Positions 59,171 to 64,000 of a stretch of DNA of 64,000 nt are shown here, one piece after another. The notes beneath the pieces are model-generated. The model did not search any database and was not told where the DNA came from. It saw only the letters and a program-made list of their open reading frames with translations. Positions within the stretch are counted from its first letter, which is position 1. Every line of letters starts with the position of its first letter. Both the position numbers and the translations under genes were made by a program. Source of the DNA: Candidatus Eiseniibacteriota bacterium (GTDB lineage: Bacteria > Eisenbacteria > RBG-16-71-46); the NCBI GenBank assembly GCA_031370785.1, contig JANMQY010000079.1, positions 19,901 to 83,900 on the forward strand, in the 5' to 3' direction.

Positions 59171-59953
59171 ATGAAGTATTCGCGACTCGTGTGGTCCGCG
59201 CTCGCTCTGTGGGCGATCGCCGGAGTGACAACGCTGGCCTACGCCTGCGATCAGCACAAGGACGCTTCCGCCGCTTCCGCCGCTTCGGCTTCGAATCCCC
59301 TGATGTTGACCGCGAACGACGCCACGCATTGCACCGCCGCCCAGATCGCGGCCTGCAAGGCCGCAGGCGCCTCGATGGATCACTGCGCCAAGGGCGCGAA
59401 GGCTTCGAACGCTTCGACCGCCTCGATGGATCACTGCGCCAAGGGCGCGAAAGCTTCGGGCGCCTCCACCGCCTCGATGGACAACTGTGCGAAAGGCGCG
59501 AGCGCGATGACCGCCGGCGCATCGCCAACCTGTGGCGGACAGGGCATGACCCGGGTCGCGGCCCGCGGTATCCACCCCGACTGTGACGCGTGCAAGGACA
59601 TGGGGCTCTGCGAGCAGGAGATCGTTGCCGCGGGCGGTCGCGCGCAGATCGTGCCGCTCAAGAACGGCGTGATGTACGTCTACACCGCCGGAACCGCCGC
59701 GGGTATCCGCGCGGTGCAGGCCGCGGTCACTCACCGCAGCGAGCGCATGACGGCGATTTCCAATGCCGCCGTCAACTCCCACCTGTGCAGCGACTGCAAG
59801 GCGATGCGCGGGGCGATCGCGAGCGGCAAGCTCAATCGCGAAGTGGTGAGCATCGAGGGAGGCTGCCTGACGCTCGTGACCTCGAACGATCCCGCCATCG
59901 TCGCCCGACTGCACGCCATGGCCGGCGAGGTCGAGAAGCACACGAAGAGCTGA
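59171..59953 (+). CDS. secreted Cys/His-rich protein with tandem MDHCAKGAKAS repeats (hypothetical)
   Basis: GGGAGGTG RBS. Signal peptide MKYSRLVWSALALWAIAGVTTLAYA. Contains 13 Cys. Three ASMD(H/N)CAKGA units are followed by CxxC-type pairs (PDCDAC, CSDC). Confidence 0.7.
   Translation: MKYSRLVWSALALWAIAGVTTLAYACDQHKDASAASAASASNPLMLTANDATHCTAAQIAACKAAGASMDHCAKGAKASNASTASMDHCAKGAKASGASTASMDNCAKGASAMTAGASPTCGGQGMTRVAARGIHPDCDACKDMGLCEQEIVAAGGRAQIVPLKNGVMYVYTAGTAAGIRAVQAAVTHRSERMTAISNAAVNSHLCSDCKAMRGAIASGKLNREVVSIEGGCLTLVTSNDPAIVARLHAMAGEVEKHTKS
59369..59512 (+). repeat. about 2.8 copies of a 51-nt tandem coding repeat
   Basis: Units begin at 59369, 59420 and 59471 (GCCTCGATGGATCACTGCGCCAAGGGCGCGAA...). 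The first two copies differ at only a few positions. Confidence 0.85.
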
Positions 59954-59968
59954 ATGCGCGGGTGCGCC

Positions 59969-60000
59969 AGAGGGGCCGGTCCAGGCGGACCGGCCCCTCT
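59969..60000 (+). terminator. strong hairpin after the Cys/His-repeat gene
   Basis: Perfect 14-bp stem AGAGGGGCCGGTCC / GGACCGGCCCCTCT with loop AGGC, 16 nt after the stop. There is no clear U tract. Confidence 0.5.
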
Positions 60001-60042
60001 GCGTTGCCCGGCGCGCGCCCAAGGGGCTAGGCTTCACCTCTC

Positions 60043-61620
60043 ATGACGGTCTCGAGATTCAGTCGCAGGGTACTCATCATCATCGGGCTCGGCGTGGCGC
60101 TCCCCGCGCTGCTGCTGGCCTTCATCGGTATCTCGCTGACCCTGCGCATCGGCCGCGCGGTCGAAGACTCCACGATCCGCTACAACTCGTACATGGCGCA
60201 GCAGGTGGCCGAGGCGTTCGAGCTCGAGCTGCTCGCGCACCTGCGCCTTTCGATTGCGCTGGCCGAGAACGCCTCCCAGCGTGGCGAAGACGCGGCCGGC
60301 GTCCGCCGCGCGCTCGAGGCGGGCTCCAACGAGTTCGGACCAGCGCACGTGGTCTCGATCAACGAACTCTCGCAATTCGCGCTGCGCGTGATGGAATCCG
60401 AGCCGGTCGTGTACGGCGAGCGCGCCGACGGCCGCTGGTTCGCCGGGATCATGCTGCACAACGCGAGCGGTGAGCTCACCGGCGCGGGCGGCTGGTGGTT
60501 CGATCCGGGCGTGTTCCTGCGCCAGCATCTCGAATCGGTGGTGCAGGACCGGCTGCCCTCGAACCCGCGCATGTACGGCGGCTTCGAGTCCACGCGCCGC
60601 CTCAGCATCGAGCTGCTCGACTCGACCGGCACGCGGATCGCCGCGGTGCGCGAGCCCTACAATCGCAGCGAGGGACGCAGCTCGCGGCTGGAGGCTCCGT
60701 TCGAGGGCTACCAGGTGCGGGTCGGGGTCACCTCGAGCGCACCGGCGGTATGGACCCAGCGCTTCGTGCTGCTCGAGGTGGCCTTCATCGGGCTCATGGG
60801 CCTGGTGATCCTGCTGGCCACGATCTTCGGACTGCGCTACACGGTACGTCAGCTCGAGCTGGCCCAGCTCAAGTCCGGGTTCGTCTCCAATGTGACCCAC
60901 GAGCTCAAGACTCCGATCGCGCTCATCCGGCTGGCGGTCGAAACCCTCGAAATGGGCCGATTCCGCTCTCCGGAAGAGGGCCAGAAGTTCCTGCAGACCA
61001 TTGCCCGCGAGGCCGACCGGCTCTCCCAGCTGGTCGATAACATCCTCGATTTCGCCCGTTTGGAGTCGGGTCGGGCCACTTTCCGCCTGGAGGTGCTCGA
61101 TCCGGGGGAAGTCATCCGCGAGACCCTCGAAACTTTCCGGCCGCGTCTGGACGCCGAGGGGTTTAAAGTCGAGGTGGAGATTCCCGAACAGCTTCCGGCG
61201 ATTCGGGCTGACGGACGGGCCCTCAGTCACGCGCTCCTCAACCTGCTCGACAACGCGGTCAAATATTCGCGCCAGAGGCGCGAAATACGAATCTCGGCCG
61301 GGGCGCGCGATGGAGAGGTGCGCATCTCGGTCGCAGACCGGGGCATCGGCATCGCCCCCGGAGATCAGGAGAAGGTGTTCGACAAGTTCGTTCGGCTCGA
61401 GACCGGACTGGTGCACGACACAAAGGGCGCCGGACTCGGGCTGTCGCTGGTCAATCAGATCGTCCGCGCACATGGCGGGCGTGTCGAGCTGGTGAGCACG
61501 CCCGGAGAGGGCAGCACGTTCACACTGGTGTTGCCGATCGCGGAGGAAGAATGGACCGCGAGCTCGGGCCCGGCAGCGCCGGAGGCTCAGCACTCGCCGC
61601 GGGCCCGTACCGGATCGTGA
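60043..61620 (+). CDS. sensor histidine kinase
   Basis: Two TM segments flank a ~200-aa periplasmic domain. H-box FVSNVTHELKTPIALIRLAVETL. The HATPase region has DRGIGIAPGDQEKVFDKF and GAGLGLSLVNQIV. Confidence 0.88.
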   Translation: MTVSRFSRRVLIIIGLGVALPALLLAFIGISLTLRIGRAVEDSTIRYNSYMAQQVAEAFELELLAHLRLSIALAENASQRGEDAAGVRRALEAGSNEFGPAHVVSINELSQFALRVMESEPVVYGERADGRWFAGIMLHNASGELTGAGGWWFDPGVFLRQHLESVVQDRLPSNPRMYGGFESTRRLSIELLDSTGTRIAAVREPYNRSEGRSSRLEAPFEGYQVRVGVTSSAPAVWTQRFVLLEVAFIGLMGLVILLATIFGLRYTVRQLELAQLKSGFVSNVTHELKTPIALIRLAVETLEMGRFRSPEEGQKFLQTIAREADRLSQLVDNILDFARLESGRATFRLEVLDPGEVIRETLETFRPRLDAEGFKVEVEIPEQLPAIRADGRALSHALLNLLDNAVKYSRQRREIRISAGARDGEVRISVADRGIGIAPGDQEKVFDKFVRLETGLVHDTKGAGLGLSLVNQIVRAHGGRVELVSTPGEGSTFTLVLPIAEEEWTASSGPAAPEAQHSPRARTGS

Positions 61621-61639
61621 ACCATCGGAGAGGAACGTC

Positions 61640-62341
61640 ATGACTGAGCCGCATCGGGTGCTGATCGTTGAAGACGAGGAGGGGCTGCTCGACGGACTGG
61701 CCCACAACTTCCGCTTCGAGGGCTACGAGGTGCTCACGGCGCGCAACGGCGCCGAGGGACTGAAGCTCGCGCTCAAGCAGAAGCCGGACGTGGTCGTGCT
61801 CGACATCATGCTGCCCGAGAAGGACGGCTTCACCGTGCTGAAGGAGCTGCGTCAGCGCCATCGCGACATCCCGGTGCTGGTGATGACCGCGCGCAACTTC
61901 GAGGCCGACGTGCTCAAAGGCTTCGACCTCGGCGCAGACGACTACGTGACCAAGCCGTTCGGCATCAAGGAGCTGATGGCGCGGGTCAAGCGCCTGATCC
62001 AGCGTGGCCCTTCAGGAGCGCCTGGGCCGGCGACCACGACATACAAGTTCGGAGACGTCGAAGTGCGCTTCGAGCCGCGCGAGGTGCTGAAGGTCGGCAA
62101 GCCGGTCGCGCTCTCGTACAAGGAGTTCGAGCTGCTCAAGTACCTGATCGAGCACCGCGGGCGCACCGTCTCCCGCGAGGAGCTGCTCGAGGAGATCTGG
62201 GACGTGGACGAGGAGCTGGGCATCACCACGCGTACCGTGGACACCCACGTCTCGAACCTGCGCAGCAAGCTCGGCGCCGGATTCGCGCAGCCGTTCATCG
62301 TCGCGGTTCACAAGGTCGGGTACAAGTTCGTCGAGCCGTGA
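61640..62341 (+). CDS. OmpR-family response regulator
   Basis: RVLIVEDEEGL, VVVLDIMLPEKDG, ADDYVTKPFGIKEL and the winged helix LSYKEFELLKYL...TVDTHVSNLRSKL. Confidence 0.9.
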   Translation: MTEPHRVLIVEDEEGLLDGLAHNFRFEGYEVLTARNGAEGLKLALKQKPDVVVLDIMLPEKDGFTVLKELRQRHRDIPVLVMTARNFEADVLKGFDLGADDYVTKPFGIKELMARVKRLIQRGPSGAPGPATTTYKFGDVEVRFEPREVLKVGKPVALSYKEFELLKYLIEHRGRTVSREELLEEIWDVDEELGITTRTVDTHVSNLRSKLGAGFAQPFIVAVHKVGYKFVEP

Positions 62342-62611
62342 GCTAGAGGCGGGACGCCGAGTCGCGGCGAGGCGGATCGAAGATTTTTCTTGACGCCCTT
62401 CTTGACTCCGACTTCGCGCGACCCGAGGCCCGTGTGCGAACCGCGCGCCTGCGCGCACGCCGTGGGCGCTGGCGAGATCAGACGGCCGAGTCACGAAATT
62501 TCTCGTCGCAGCTGGCGCATCGCGCGCAGCGCGCATGCACGGAAGCCGCAAAGCCTCGTGATATGAAGTGACGGTTGCCCCCGCGATGTGTCTTCTTCGC
62601 GGAGTCCCGTC

Positions 62612-63942
62612 ATGAAGTCCTACTCGTTGTCGCATCTCGATGATCGCGCCCTGCTGCGCGACCTGGCCACGCTCGTCTCGCAGGATCGCGCCACGACTGC
62701 CGCGCTCCTGGCTCACCTCGGCGAGGTGGACGAGCGCCGGCTCTACGTGCCGGCGGCGTACCCCTCGATGTACCTCTACTGCGTGAAAGAGCTGCGCATG
62801 TCTGAGGATGTGGCGTACAAGCGCATCCGTGCTGCGCGAACGGCGCGGCAGCACCCGGCAATCTTCCCCGCGCTCGCGGACGGTCGCCTGAACCTGACGG
62901 CGGTGCTGCTCCTGACGCCCTGCCTGACTCCGGAGACGCCGAAGGAGACGGCGGACCAGCTGCTGGCTGCGGCCGCGCACAAGTCCAACGCCGAGATCGA
63001 GCTGCTGCTCGCCGAGCGCTTCCCGCAACCGGATGTACCGACTCTCGTGCAGCCCATCGGGGCGCCGATGGCCACGGGCGAACTGGCCGGGCCCGTTGAG
63101 TCGCCCTCGCTCGAACTGGCCGTGCGGCCAGTTGGAGGCCTTGCCTTGCAACGGGTTCCAGTATCGGCTGCTTCATCCGCCCCACCACTCGTTCCGGAAC
63201 GAGTTGATCATCCGTCGCGCGCGAAGCTCGCACCTCTCTCGCCCGGCCGGTACGCGCTGCAGGTCACCGTGGATCAGGAGACCCAGGACCAGCTCCGCTA
63301 CGCACAGGCGCTGCTCGGTCATGCGGTGCCTTCGGGCGACGTCGCGACAGTGCTCAAGCGGGCGCTCGACTCGCTGGTCCAGGAGCTCGAGAAGCGCAAG
63401 TTCGCCAGGTGTGCCCGCTCGCGTCCGCGGCGCAGCTCGGCGAACAGCCGGTACGTCCCCGCCGAGATCCGGCGCAGCCAGTGCACGTTCGTCAGCGAGG
63501 ACGGAAGACGATGCGAGGCGCGCAGCCGACTGGAGTTCGATCACGTGGCCCGGTCGCGCGTGGTGGGCAGACGACGGCGGATCGGATGCGGCTGCGGTGC
63601 CGGGCGCACAACCAGTACACGGCCGAGTGCACATTCGGCGCCGGATTCATGCGCGAGAAGCGTCAGAGCAGGACGGGGCCGGCGCGCGAGCGTGCCCAGG
63701 CGCGTGTGCAGAAGCGAGCGCAAGCGCAGAATCAGTCGCAGCCTGTAGCCACGGCGACAGAAGCGAGTCAGGCGGACGTGATTGCCTGTCTTCACGAGCT
63801 CCGGTTCAGCGCCCAGGAAGCGCGCCGAGGAGCCGCGCTCTGCGCGGACATCCCCGACGCTCCGCTCGAGCAACGAGTGCGCGTCGCGCTGCGGAGCCTC
63901 GCTCCGAACTGCGTGCGCCGGCCCGCGCCCGTGGCTTCATGA
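62612..63942 (+). pseudogene. HNH endonuclease family gene disrupted by a frameshift near 63548-63552
   Basis: Frame 1 reads MKSYSLSHLDDRALLRDLATLVSQDRATTAALLAHLGEVDERRLY...CTFVSEDGRRCEARSRLEFDHVA and then degenerates. The continuation PVARGGQTTADRMRLRCRAHNQYTAECTFGAGFMREKR...ACLHELRFSAQEARRGA...RVRVALRSLAP lies in another frame (ORF 63409..63942). One missing base in the GGCCCGG run would restore HV.PVARGG. Confidence 0.7.
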
Positions 63943-64000
63943 TAGCGCCGGGCTGCTAGCGGGCACCGATCAGTCGTCCCATGCAAACATGAACGGACGG

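Noticed and set aside
62342-62611. Duplicated TTCTTGAC motifs (tttttcttgacgcccttcttgactcc), considered as promoter -35 elements or a repeat for the HNH gene. A weak hairpin plus T-run after the response regulator was also considered.
   Set aside because: I could not pair them with convincing -10 elements at proper spacing. The hairpin stem (CGCCG/CGGCG) is only 5 bp.

Overview
The window is a visibly high-GC stretch (not computed) of a diderm bacterial chromosome that spans the replication-origin neighbourhood. Most long ORFs in the six-frame track are antisense or frame-shadow artefacts of that GC content. I therefore re-trimmed many starts using conserved N-termini, RBSs and stop/start overlaps.

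Gene content, left to right:
- (1) Origin block on the minus strand: gyrA (partial), a small OMP, gyrB, a DciA-like DUF721 gene, dnaN, an AT-rich spacer with DnaA boxes, dnaA, and a second DnaA-box cluster.
- (2) An OMP, a HAD hydrolase, a GNAT and an ABC importer (ATPase plus fused permease).
- (3) A large phosphate/polyphosphate supercluster. It comprises phoB-phoR; sixA, two thymidylate-kinase-like paralogues and a CHAD protein; a convergent ppx/gppA; and porin-pstSCAB-phoU. Two copies of a phased triple direct repeat are candidate Pho boxes.
- (4) arfB.
- (5) A seven-gene, translationally coupled envelope operon: a BNR-repeat protein, PgsB, PgsC and four uncharacterised envelope proteins. 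It has no PgsA, PgsE or CapD. This is my top candidate for an undescribed system, namely poly-gamma-glutamate synthesis and export in a diderm.
- (6) An M16 peptidase pair, an MFS transporter and thiL.
- (7) A cupredoxin/lamin-tail fusion, an Ogt with a repeat plus histone-like tail, an ICMT-family methyltransferase, a PIG-L deacetylase, a TPR/retropepsin-like protein and an M20 amidohydrolase.
- (8) Two OmpA/thrombospondin-type-3 paralogues that share near-identical DNA tracts, another OMP and eda.
- (9) AsmA, a glycogen debranching enzyme and YibQ.
- (10) A Cys/His-repeat secreted protein next to a two-component system.
- (11) A frameshifted HNH-endonuclease pseudogene.

I found no rRNA, tRNA, CRISPR array, IS element or recognisable defence island. 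The FlgD-Ig/T9SS-like C-terminal domain and the general gene style suggest an FCB-group or Gemmatimonadota/Eisenbacteria-like organism. That is a guess only.
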